Shown piece by piece: positions 19,238-28,000 of a stretch of DNA of 64,000 nt (positions are counted from its first letter, which is position 1; every line of letters starts with the position of its first letter). A program made the position numbers and the translations under genes. This DNA is from Clostridia bacterium (GTDB lineage: Bacteria; Bacillota; Clostridia; Christensenellales; QALW01), in assembly GCA_017502165.1 (NCBI GenBank), contig JAFVVO010000043.1:26409-90408 (forward strand), written 5' to 3'. The notes under the pieces are model-generated. The model was not told where the DNA came from, made no database searches, and was given only the letters and a program-made list of their open reading frames with translations.

Positions 19238-20317
19238 ATGAGAGTTTACAATTTTAGTGCAGGACCTTCCATGTTACCGGAGGAGGTTCTCAAAAAAGCT
19301 GCAGAGGATATGCTTGATTACGAAGGCTCCGGAATGAGCGTTCTTGAAATGAGCCACCGTGCAAAATGCTATGACGCTATCATTAAGGAAGCTGAAGCTC
19401 TTATCCGCGAGCTTATGAACATTCCCGAAAACTACAAGGTTTTATTTGTTCAGGGCGGTGCATCCACTCAGTTTGCCGCAGTTGCCCTTAACCTTCACAA
19501 AAACGGCAAGGCTGATTACGTTGCATCAGGCAACTTCTCTTCTCTTTCCGCAAAGGAAGGCGCAAGATTAACTAACGCAAGAGTAATTGCATCAAGCGAA
19601 GACGCAACATACACCTACGTTCCCAAGATCACCAAGGATATGGTTGACCCTGAGGCTGACTACCTGCACATTTGCTTTAATAACACCATTTTCGGTACTA
19701 AATATAATTATATTCCCGAAACTCCCGAAAACGTTCCCTTGGTTGCGGATATGTCATCAATGATTCTTTCCGAGCCCGTTGACGTTACAAAGTTCGGCGT
19801 AATCTACGCAGGTGCACAGAAAAACATCGGCCCTGCAGGCGTAACGGTAGTAATCGTTCGCGAGGATTTACTTGATAAATTTGAGGCTTCCTGCCCCACA
19901 ATGCTTAAGTGGAAGACTCAGGCTGACAAGGATAGCCTTTACAATACGCCTCCCTGCTATTCAATTTATATTTCAATGCTCGTATTCCGCTGGATAAAGG
20001 CTCAGGGCGGTGTTGACGCTATTTACGCAAAGAACGTAAAGAAAGCAACAATGCTCTACGATTACATTGATTCCTCTGATTTCTACAAGAACTCCGTTAA
20101 CAAGGAAGACCGTTCCTTAATGAACGTTCCCTTCGTTACTCCCAGCGAGGAGCTTGACGCTAAATTCGTTAAAGAAGCCGCGGCAGCAGGCCTTGTTTCC
20201 CTTAAGGGACACCGTCTTGTAGGCGGTATGCGCGCTTCCATCTATAACGCTATGCCCATTGAAGGCATTGAAGCTCTTATCGCCTTTATGAAGAAATTTG
20301 AAGCAGAAAACAAGTGA
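19238..20317 (+). CDS. serC: Phosphoserine aminotransferase
   Basis: 359 aa: YNFSAGPSMLPEEVL, GAQKNIGPAGVTVVIVRED, GGMRASIYNAMP. Confidence 0.95.
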   Translation: MRVYNFSAGPSMLPEEVLKKAAEDMLDYEGSGMSVLEMSHRAKCYDAIIKEAEALIRELMNIPENYKVLFVQGGASTQFAAVALNLHKNGKADYVASGNFSSLSAKEGARLTNARVIASSEDATYTYVPKITKDMVDPEADYLHICFNNTIFGTKYNYIPETPENVPLVADMSSMILSEPVDVTKFGVIYAGAQKNIGPAGVTVVIVREDLLDKFEASCPTMLKWKTQADKDSLYNTPPCYSIYISMLVFRWIKAQGGVDAIYAKNVKKATMLYDYIDSSDFYKNSVNKEDRSLMNVPFVTPSEELDAKFVKEAAAAGLVSLKGHRLVGGMRASIYNAMPIEGIEALIAFMKKFEAENK

Positions 20318-20327
20318 GGATAAAAAA

Positions 20328-21494
20328 ATGACAGAGATTTTGAAGCTCAATTCCATTGCTGACGTGGTTAAGCAAAACCTTCCCGAAAGCAAGTACGTTA
20401 TAAGTGATTCTGCACAGAATCCCACAGGTATTTTAGTTCGCAGTGCCGATATGCTTTCTTACGATTTCCCCGAAAGCGTTGTTGCAGTTGCAAGAGCAGG
20501 CGCAGGCGTAAACAACATTCCCGTTGACGCTTGTGCTCAAAAGGGTATCGTTGTTTTCAACACTCCCGGCGCAAACGCAAACGCTGTTAAGGAAATGGTG
20601 CTCGGCGCTATGATAGCCGCAAGCAGAAACATCGTTGAAGCTTCCGACTGGGCAAAAACCCTTAAGGGCAACGGTGACGCAGTAGGCAAAATGGCTGAAA
20701 AAGGCAAGGGACAGTTTGTAGGCCCCGAAATTATGGGCAAAACCCTTGGTGTAATCGGCCTTGGCGCTATCGGCGGTTTAGTTGCAAATGCAGCAATCGC
20801 TCTTGGCATGAAGGTTTACGGCTACGACCCCTACGTTTCCGTTGAAGCCGCTTGGCGTCTTAACAAAGAGGTTGTTAAGGCTGACGATCTTGACGAAATT
20901 TATGCTAACTGCGATATTATTTCACTTCACGTTCCTCAGATCGACGCAACAAAGGGTATGATTAACGAAAACACCATCGCAAAAATGAAAGACGGCGTTA
21001 TTCTTCTTAACTTTGCCAGAGGCGGTCTTATTAAGGACGCTGACGTTATTTCTGCCTGCGAAAGCGGTAAAATCAGAAAGTATGCTACCGACTTTGCTTC
21101 CGACGCTTTAATCGGCGCAAAGAACGTGGTAGTGTTCCCTCACCTTGGCGCTTCCACTCCCGAATCCGAGGACAACTGCGCAGTTATGGCGTCTAAGGAG
21201 CTTAAGGAATACATCGAAAACGGAAACATTACCAACAGCGTAAACTTCCCCAACGCATTCCTTAACCGTTCAGGTAACGCAAGAATTACGGTAATGCATA
21301 AAAATACAAGTAATATGGTTGGCAGAATCACCGCCGCTATTGCCGCATCAGGCGAAAACATCAGCGGTATGATCAACGCATCAAAGGGTGACTACGCTTA
21401 CACCATTATTGACATTGATAATGAGTTCAAGCCCGAGGTGGTTGACTTCATCAAGAAAATCGAAAATATTATCCGTGTCCGTGTTATAGACTGA
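20328..21494 (+). CDS. serA: D-3-phosphoglycerate dehydrogenase (2-hydroxyacid dehydrogenase with C-terminal ACT-like domain)
   Basis: GVIGLGAIGGLVA Rossmann motif, FARGGL, HLGASTPES. ATG 20328 follows GAGGA. It is adjacent to serC. Confidence 0.88.
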   Translation: MTEILKLNSIADVVKQNLPESKYVISDSAQNPTGILVRSADMLSYDFPESVVAVARAGAGVNNIPVDACAQKGIVVFNTPGANANAVKEMVLGAMIAASRNIVEASDWAKTLKGNGDAVGKMAEKGKGQFVGPEIMGKTLGVIGLGAIGGLVANAAIALGMKVYGYDPYVSVEAAWRLNKEVVKADDLDEIYANCDIISLHVPQIDATKGMINENTIAKMKDGVILLNFARGGLIKDADVISACESGKIRKYATDFASDALIGAKNVVVFPHLGASTPESEDNCAVMASKELKEYIENGNITNSVNFPNAFLNRSGNARITVMHKNTSNMVGRITAAIAASGENISGMINASKGDYAYTIIDIDNEFKPEVVDFIKKIENIIRVRVID

Positions 21495-21508
21495 TAAAAA
21501 AGTTGCAA

Positions 21509-21540
21509 GAAGAGTGCTTCGGCGCTCTTCTTTTATTTTT
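21509..21540 (+). terminator. Rho-independent terminator after serA
   Basis: GAAGAGTGC-TTCG-GCGCTCTTC followed by TTTTATTTTT. Confidence 0.8.
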
Positions 21541-21709
21541 GGAAAACGTTTCCGTCTTTTTCTTTGCCACCATTGGCATTTTTATTAATATTGCTATATC
21601 AACCTGATAAATATGTGCTTGCGCACTCAAGGTTATTTTATTTCTGCTTTTTTACGTATCTTGACCTTGTTTTTTTAATTAGCAATTATTGCATATTTTC
21701 AGCAAAATG

Positions 21710-21738
21710 TTGCAAAAAAGAAATCCGTGTGTTATAAT
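21710..21738 (+). promoter_or_regulatory. Sigma-A promoter of the diguanylate cyclase gene
   Basis: TTGCAA (21710-21715), 17-nt spacer, TATAAT (21733-21738). Confidence 0.6.
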
Positions 21739-21793
21739 ATAATTTAAATTATATATGCCGTGAAAAATATTATACTTTTAAGAAGGTGGAATT

Positions 21794-24094
21794 ATGCCAA
21801 AAACCTATGAGAAAAAGAAAAATCAGCGTCCTTACGGTTTGTACACAATAGTAACCGTTTTTTTGTTGTTTGCTGTTTTCTTCCTTATGGTAGGCTCGTT
21901 ATTTGTTTCGGCAGAAAACGATGCCTATGAAGACCTTCACGTGCAAACAAAACAAATTAAGGACGATCTGGTACTCCAGCTTATTTCCGACCGAGAGAAT
22001 CTTTCTACCATGGCAAACTTTGCCTCAAAGCTTTATAAGGACGGGGAAAGCTACGACCTTTTATTTGATTCCTTTAAGCCTATCGGTTTAATTGAAAACG
22101 TAGGTATTTTGACTCCCGAGAACGTTTTTATAACAAAGGCAGGCACCATTGACCTTTCGGACAAGATTTCTTTTGAAGAGGAAAAGGTTCGGGGCGCTTA
22201 CGTTAGCGGAAGAATAAAGGACTTAACCCGTGACAATTACGAAATTGTGCGCAGCGCCGTTCCCATTAAGGCAGACGGTCAGGTTATCGGTGTTCTTTAC
22301 GGCGTTATTAAGCTTGATACAATTGAGCAAAGATATGAACAAATGGCTAACGATATCGACGCTCAGCTTTTTGTTTACAGCAAAGATATCGGTGACCTTA
22401 TTATTGACAACGTGCACACAAAGCTTGGCAATATTTCGTTTTTGCAGGACCGCGAATATGCTCGCGGTTATTCCTACGAGCAAATAATATCGTCCGACAA
22501 AGGCTTTACGTCTTTTAAATCTGCCTACAGGGACGAGCAAGCTCACATGCACTTTTCCACTATTGAGGAATTGGGCTGGGTAATTGCCCTTGCAAGATAC
22601 GATTCCAACGTTTTTGCAACGGTATGGTCTCTTGCTCAAGTTCTGTTTACTGCATTTATTGCATTCCTCGTTGTTGTTGGTTCTTACGTCACCATACTGC
22701 TTACAAGTGAAAAGCACTTAGCTGAGGTAACGGACTGTGCAGCGGACATAAGAAAGCTTCTGCTTGATACCTCAGGCGGTGAAAACGCCATTTCTTTTGC
22801 ACTTAAACAGCTGTGTCAGTTTGCACGAGCCAGATCAACCATGCTTTTTGACGCTAACAGTGAAGAATTTCATTATCTTGCTCCCAAATTCATGGAAAAC
22901 ACCATTCCCGATGAAGAAAGAAATTATTTCCGAGGCGAGTTGCTTCTTTACGGAGCGGAAGTACATCAGACGACTAACTCAGCAGTTAACGTTTTAAGCA
23001 TTACACCTAACAAACACCTTTTGTTAACCAACCCCACGTTCTATGAATTCTTAAGAAAATATAAGATTAACAAGATTACCTGCTCTGCAACTGTTAACGC
23101 CACCAATCACGTTACTATTTTAGCGGCAGTTAACCCCAAACGGTTCCACCTGACGCGGTTGCTTGTTGAAAAAATTGCAGCGTGCTTCTCAATGGCGCTT
23201 TACAATAAGAACTATCTTAACCAGACCAAGCTTACCGCAACAACCGACTCTCTTACGGGAGCATTAAACCGCGTTGCGTACAAAGCCGACCTGTTAACTC
23301 TTGATGGTGAAAATGCTTCGGACTTTTCCTGCATTTACGTTGACGTTAACGAATTACACCTTATTAACAATACTCTTGGCCACGCCGCAGGCGACGAAAT
23401 GCTTATCTACGTTGCCAACACCTTAAAGGAAGTATTCTTCGGCCACAGTATTTACCGAATGGGCGGCGATGAATTCTTAGTGTTCTGCCGAAACGCCGAC
23501 CAAGAAACCGTAAAGAAAAATATCGAGTTTTTCGTTCAACAATTACAGCCGAAAAACTATCACGTGGCTATTGGTTATTCTTTCAGAACAAGAAATACTG
23601 ATACCGAAAGTATGGTAAAGGAAGCCGAGGTTCGTATGTACGAAGCAAAGGCTAAATACTATCAAAACAAAGAACAGCGCAAGACTGACTGGGTAGCTGA
23701 AAGCGAATACGTTCAGGTTAAAACGGGAATCCTTGAAATTGACGCTATGCTTTCGATATTAAAAGAAAGCTATAACGGCATTTACCGCGTTTCACTTAAC
23801 ACCGACAAGGCACACCGTATTTTAATGCCCGCGTATCTTAATTATAACGAAAACGAGGAACATTTTTCAAAGCTTTTCTCCAAATACGTTGCCGACTCCG
23901 TAGAGCCCGACTATCGCAGAGCTTTACTTAGCTTCTTAAATTACGAAGCCATCAAGCAACAGTTGCTTGATGGCAAAATCCCTAAAGCCACCTATAAAAA
24001 GCACAACGGAGAAAGGGTAACCTTAAGCGTTTACACGTTAGATGAAGCAGATGCTTCCGATTTCAACACCCTTTGGGTTTTTGCAAAAATGTGA
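21794..24094 (+). CDS. Membrane sensor diguanylate cyclase (TM - extracytoplasmic Cache-like region - TM - linker domain - GGDEF - C-terminal extension)
   Basis: 766 aa with TM segments near aa 14-38 and 275-300. The GGDEF domain has LTGALNRVAY, DVNELHLINNTLGHAAGDE and an intact GGDEF at 23462-23476. No RxxD I-site lies 5 aa upstream of the motif. Confidence 0.88.
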   Translation: MPKTYEKKKNQRPYGLYTIVTVFLLFAVFFLMVGSLFVSAENDAYEDLHVQTKQIKDDLVLQLISDRENLSTMANFASKLYKDGESYDLLFDSFKPIGLIENVGILTPENVFITKAGTIDLSDKISFEEEKVRGAYVSGRIKDLTRDNYEIVRSAVPIKADGQVIGVLYGVIKLDTIEQRYEQMANDIDAQLFVYSKDIGDLIIDNVHTKLGNISFLQDREYARGYSYEQIISSDKGFTSFKSAYRDEQAHMHFSTIEELGWVIALARYDSNVFATVWSLAQVLFTAFIAFLVVVGSYVTILLTSEKHLAEVTDCAADIRKLLLDTSGGENAISFALKQLCQFARARSTMLFDANSEEFHYLAPKFMENTIPDEERNYFRGELLLYGAEVHQTTNSAVNVLSITPNKHLLLTNPTFYEFLRKYKINKITCSATVNATNHVTILAAVNPKRFHLTRLLVEKIAACFSMALYNKNYLNQTKLTATTDSLTGALNRVAYKADLLTLDGENASDFSCIYVDVNELHLINNTLGHAAGDEMLIYVANTLKEVFFGHSIYRMGGDEFLVFCRNADQETVKKNIEFFVQQLQPKNYHVAIGYSFRTRNTDTESMVKEAEVRMYEAKAKYYQNKEQRKTDWVAESEYVQVKTGILEIDAMLSILKESYNGIYRVSLNTDKAHRILMPAYLNYNENEEHFSKLFSKYVADSVEPDYRRALLSFLNYEAIKQQLLDGKIPKATYKKHNGERVTLSVYTLDEADASDFNTLWVFAKM

Positions 24095-24101
24095 GTTTTT
24101 C

Positions 24102-24130
24102 TTGACAAAGACAAATCATTGTAATATACT
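24102..24130 (+). promoter_or_regulatory. Sigma-A promoter upstream of the riboswitch and EPS operon
   Basis: TTGACA (24102-24107), 17-nt spacer, TATACT (24125-24130). Confidence 0.6.
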
Positions 24131-24134
24131 GTCA

Positions 24135-24268
24135 ATATAAATATCGGCAAAACCGATGAAAATCGGCGACGCAAAGCAAAGAGGCTACGGTTTTATACTA
24201 TGCCAGTCCAGCTGCAATGATAAGAAGTCTTTGTTAAGGCATTCTATTGTTGCAGCTTTTTATTTTTC
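24135..24268 (+). promoter_or_regulatory. c-di-GMP-I (GEMM-I)-like riboswitch with intrinsic terminator as expression platform
   Basis: GGCAAA-ACCGAT-GAAA-ATCGG-C-GACGCAAAGC ... GGCTA..TATGCCAG-TCCAGCTGC matches the GEMM-I hallmarks (GCAAA, a GNRA-capped hairpin, GACGCAAAGC, GCCAG). It is followed by the stem AGCTGCAA / TTGCAGCT and TTTTTATTTTT. The left arm of that stem overlaps the 3' end of the aptamer. Confidence 0.72.
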
Positions 24269-24342
24269 AAATCAGAACTAGCACGTTTCGTATCAAAATT
24301 TTATATTATGTTAGCACACTAACGTAAGCGAGGTAAGAAAAA

Positions 24343-25188
24343 GTGACCAGTAATTTTATTGAAATTTTCAAAAATATTGCATCAAACAGCGATGTAGTAA
24401 ATGACGAAAATGCAATTTTCGAAAGAATTGAGGAAGCATTTGCTAACCGCGAATTCAAAACGCATCTTCAGTTTATAGTAAACAACAAAACCAAGGCGGT
24501 CTCTTCTGCGGAGGCTCTTTCCCGATGGGAAATTTCTGCGGACGAGATTGTTTCGCCCGGATTATATCTTCCCTTAATTGAAAAGGCAGGGCTCAGCGCT
24601 AAATTTGACTATTATATGTTTGAAAGCGTTTGCGCCAAGCTTGCCCAATGGAAAAATACCGAGTTTGGCTCGGTAACCGTTTCCTGCAACTTCTCAAGAA
24701 TAACTCTTTCGGAAAACGATTTCATCGAAACTGTTACAGCCATTGCAGATAAATATGATTTTGACAGAAAAAATCTGTTAATTGAAATTACCGAAAGCAC
24801 TATGGAAAGAAACGTTGAGGTTGCTCTGGATAACGTTGTGCGCGCAAAAGAACTCGGTTTCCGCATTGCTTTAGACGACGTTGGCAGCGGTTACACTTCA
24901 CTTATCTGTTTGTGCAAATATCCCGTTGACATTATTAAAATCGACAGAGAAGTGCTTCTATTAGCAAGTGAAACAAGAGGCAAAAAGCTTCTTCTTGGCA
25001 TTATTGCTTTATCACATTTTTTGAATCTCGAGGTTGTATGTGAAGGCGTTGAAACAAGTGAGCAAAACGACCTGGTTTCAAACAGTGATTGCGATTATAT
25101 TCAGGGCTGGTACTATTTTAAGGCGCTTGATGCAAAAAAGGCTGAAGAATGTGCCCGCGAATACGCTGAAAAGCTTGCAAAAAACTAA
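24343..25188 (+). CDS. Stand-alone EAL-domain c-di-GMP phosphodiesterase
   Basis: 281 aa, GTG start after GAGGT. EAL lies at 24511-24519 (AEALSRWE). Also has NFS, EITES, DDVGSGYTS, KIDRE, EGVET and QGWYY, so the full catalytic signature is present. Confidence 0.88.
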   Translation: MTSNFIEIFKNIASNSDVVNDENAIFERIEEAFANREFKTHLQFIVNNKTKAVSSAEALSRWEISADEIVSPGLYLPLIEKAGLSAKFDYYMFESVCAKLAQWKNTEFGSVTVSCNFSRITLSENDFIETVTAIADKYDFDRKNLLIEITESTMERNVEVALDNVVRAKELGFRIALDDVGSGYTSLICLCKYPVDIIKIDREVLLLASETRGKKLLLGIIALSHFLNLEVVCEGVETSEQNDLVSNSDCDYIQGWYYFKALDAKKAEECAREYAEKLAKN

Positions 25189-25209
25189 AACGCTTTTAAG
25201 GACGTTGTT

Positions 25210-25752
25210 ATGAATAAAGCATTTTCAAAAGATCTGTACCGTTATTACGGTGATAAAGGTGAATCTCTGCTTCAGAGGCTTTTGCGCCCCGTAGAGCTGA
25301 AATATATCGCTCTTTTCAGAAAGGCTAACGGTTGCCCTTTTGCTCCCCTGAAAGCATATTACACTCTGCGCCTTAAGCTGATGTCAAACAAAACCCATAT
25401 ACAGATTCCTGCAAGGACTCAAATAGGGGAAGGCTTTTATATCGGACACAGCGGCAGAGTGATTATTCACCCCGACGCTAAAATCGCCTCCAACGTCAAC
25501 GTGGGAACGGGTGTTACCATAGGGGCAGAAAACCGCGGAGAGCGCAAAGGCGCACCCACCCTTTGCGGAAACTGTTGGATTGGTACAAACTCGGTTATAG
25601 TAGGCAACGTTACCATAGGGGAAGACGTTATGGTTGCCCCCTTAACCTTTGTTAATTTTGACGTACCGCCACACAGCATAGTGGTTGGAAACCCCGCAAA
25701 AATAATAAGCAAAGAAGACGCTACAAAAGACTACGTACACAATAAAATCTGA
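25210..25752 (+). CDS. Hexapeptide-repeat (LbH) O-acetyltransferase, CysE/WbbJ-like
   Basis: Left-handed beta-helix repeats (IGEGFYIGHSGRVIIH, VGTGVTIG, IGTNSVIVGNVTIGEDVMV) and VVGNPAKII. Confidence 0.8.
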   Translation: MNKAFSKDLYRYYGDKGESLLQRLLRPVELKYIALFRKANGCPFAPLKAYYTLRLKLMSNKTHIQIPARTQIGEGFYIGHSGRVIIHPDAKIASNVNVGTGVTIGAENRGERKGAPTLCGNCWIGTNSVIVGNVTIGEDVMVAPLTFVNFDVPPHSIVVGNPAKIISKEDATKDYVHNKI

Positions 25753-25770
25753 TTTAAGGAGGCAATCGGG

Positions 25771-27270
25771 ATGGCAAAAAAAGATAACAGAATTAAATAT
25801 AATCTGTTGTCAGGCTTCGTATATCAAATTGTCCTGATTGTCCTTGGTTTTTTGCTTCCAAGACTGTATCTGGAAAATTTCGGCTCCGAGGTTAATGGTG
25901 TTTTATCTACCATAAAGCAGATTTTCGCATATATGACTCTGCTTGAAGCAGGAGTAGGTCTTGCAACCACCCAGGCGCTCTACAAGCCCGTTGCCGAAAA
26001 AGACCACGCAAAAACAAGCTCCATTATTTCGGCAACAAATAACTACTACGTTAAAATCGGCTTTATTTATTCGGCCATAGTCCTCGCTATCGCCTGTGTA
26101 TATTCCTTCATTATTCCAACGGGTATATCCTCTTGGGTTGTTTTCAGCCTAATAGTTTTAACCGCCTTACCCTCATTATTCAGCTACTTTATACAATTAA
26201 AATACAGAATACTGTTAGAAGTTGACGGCAGAAAGTACGTTATAACCAATTCCGAAACTATTTTGCAGCTTCTTGCCAACGCAGGAAAAATTCTCGTACT
26301 TCTTTTAACTGACAGCCTTATTCTCATTCAGCTTGTATATTGTATCTTATCTCTTATTCAGCTTGCTTACGTTTTCATTCACGCAAAACGCAGATACACT
26401 TGGCTCGATTTTAAGGCTGAGCCTGATTTTGAAGCTATTTCTCAGAGGAAATCCGTTCTTGTGCATCAGATTTCAGGAATGGTTTTCAATAATACCGACA
26501 TTTTATTGCTTTCCTTCTTATGTGATTTTAAGATCGTAAGCGTTTACACCATATACAACATTTTCTTCTCTCAAGTACAAACCTTTATAACTACTATTAC
26601 TTCCGGCTTCAGCTTTGCCTTAGGGCAAATGTTTCACACCGACAGAAAAAAGTTTATGCAGGTTTTTTCGGTTTACGAAACCTTTTACATAATGGGCACC
26701 TTTGTTATATATACTTTAATGGCTGTATTTCTGCTTCCCCTTATTCAGATTTACACAAAGGGAATTAACGACGCAGAATATACAAACGTATTTTTAGTGC
26801 TTCTGTTCGTTATTATGAATCTGTTAGCCAACGGAAAGCTTCCCGTTAACCACGTTATTGAGTTTTCGGGAGCATTTGAGAAAACACGTTGGCACGCCAT
26901 TGCAGAAATGGTGATTAACGTTACCGTTTCAATCGTAGCAATTCTTCTGTGGGGCATTTGCGGCGCAATTCTCGGCACTATCGTCGCCCTTTTATTCAGA
27001 AGCTCTATAATGATTTACTATTCCAACAAAAAAATTCTTCAGCGAAGCATTTTTGAAACGTACAAGCTGTGGATTGTTAACGGAGGCGTGTTTGCCTGCA
27101 TAATGGCTATCTTCTTTGTTGATAGCTTCAGCGGTCTCTCCTTTTTGGAGCTTTTACTGCAAGGAATTATTCACACCGCGTGGATTATCCCTTTGTATCT
27201 TGTGGCAAATCTTATTTTCTTTAGAAGTGCCTTTAAGAATTTCCTTGTTCTTTGGAGGGCGAGAAAATGA
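25771..27270 (+). CDS. wzx: Polysaccharide flippase (Wzx / MOP superfamily)
   Basis: 499 aa with roughly 12-14 TM helices, located in a glycan locus. Confidence 0.75.
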   Translation: MAKKDNRIKYNLLSGFVYQIVLIVLGFLLPRLYLENFGSEVNGVLSTIKQIFAYMTLLEAGVGLATTQALYKPVAEKDHAKTSSIISATNNYYVKIGFIYSAIVLAIACVYSFIIPTGISSWVVFSLIVLTALPSLFSYFIQLKYRILLEVDGRKYVITNSETILQLLANAGKILVLLLTDSLILIQLVYCILSLIQLAYVFIHAKRRYTWLDFKAEPDFEAISQRKSVLVHQISGMVFNNTDILLLSFLCDFKIVSVYTIYNIFFSQVQTFITTITSGFSFALGQMFHTDRKKFMQVFSVYETFYIMGTFVIYTLMAVFLLPLIQIYTKGINDAEYTNVFLVLLFVIMNLLANGKLPVNHVIEFSGAFEKTRWHAIAEMVINVTVSIVAILLWGICGAILGTIVALLFRSSIMIYYSNKKILQRSIFETYKLWIVNGGVFACIMAIFFVDSFSGLSFLELLLQGIIHTAWIIPLYLVANLIFFRSAFKNFLVLWRARK

Positions 27271-27998
27271 TTCCCAAAGTCATTCATTACTGTTGGTTCG
27301 GCAAAGGCGAAATGCCGAAGCTTGCTAAAAAATGTATTAAAAGCTGGAAAAAATTCTGCCCCGATTACGAAATAATTTGTTGGAACGAAGAAAATTTCGA
27401 TTTTTCTCAAAACCTTTACGCCCGTCAGGCATACGAAGCGGGCAAGTGGGCTTTTGTAAGCGATTATGCCCGCCTTAAAGTTATTAACGATTTCGGCGGA
27501 ATATATCTCGACACTGACGTTGAGCTTCTTAAGCCTATAGATTTTTTGCTTTCTTACAAAGGTTTTATGGGTTTTGACGAAAAGGGCATAGTTGCAACGG
27601 GGCTTGGCTTTGGTGCAGAAAAGGAAAACCCAATCGTCAACGAATTTTTGAAGGATTACGACGAAATACCCTTTATTCTGCCTGACGGAAGCTTTGACCT
27701 TACCCCTTGTCCTGACAGAAACACCGCCGCATTAAAACGGCTTGGAATGGACACTGAAAACACAAATCAGACTTTTCTTGATACGGTTTTTCTTCCGAGA
27801 GAATATCTTTGCCCTATGGATTATTACACGGGCAAGAAAACTATAACGAACAACACAGTTTCAATACATCATTATTCTGCCTCGTGGACCTCGTCGGTTA
27901 CAAAACGAACAACTGCTATTAAAAGAATAATCGGTGTTAAACTATACGATAAGCTTTACGGAAAATTTTTGCATAAACTGAAATGGTTGGAGTGGTAA
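27267..27998 (+). CDS. Glycosyltransferase family 32-like (Gly_transf_sug / capsular synthesis type)
   Basis: IPKVIHYCWFG, DYARLKVINDFGGIYLDTDVE (DxD). ATG 27267 overlaps the wzx stop (ATGA). Confidence 0.8.
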   Translation: MIPKVIHYCWFGKGEMPKLAKKCIKSWKKFCPDYEIICWNEENFDFSQNLYARQAYEAGKWAFVSDYARLKVINDFGGIYLDTDVELLKPIDFLLSYKGFMGFDEKGIVATGLGFGAEKENPIVNEFLKDYDEIPFILPDGSFDLTPCPDRNTAALKRLGMDTENTNQTFLDTVFLPREYLCPMDYYTGKKTITNNTVSIHHYSASWTSSVTKRTTAIKRIIGVKLYDKLYGKFLHKLKWLEW

Positions 27999-28000
27999 TA

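Noticed and set aside
22223-22717. 164-aa minus-strand ORF inside the diguanylate cyclase gene
   Set aside because: It is antisense to a well-supported CDS. It has no RBS or family signal.
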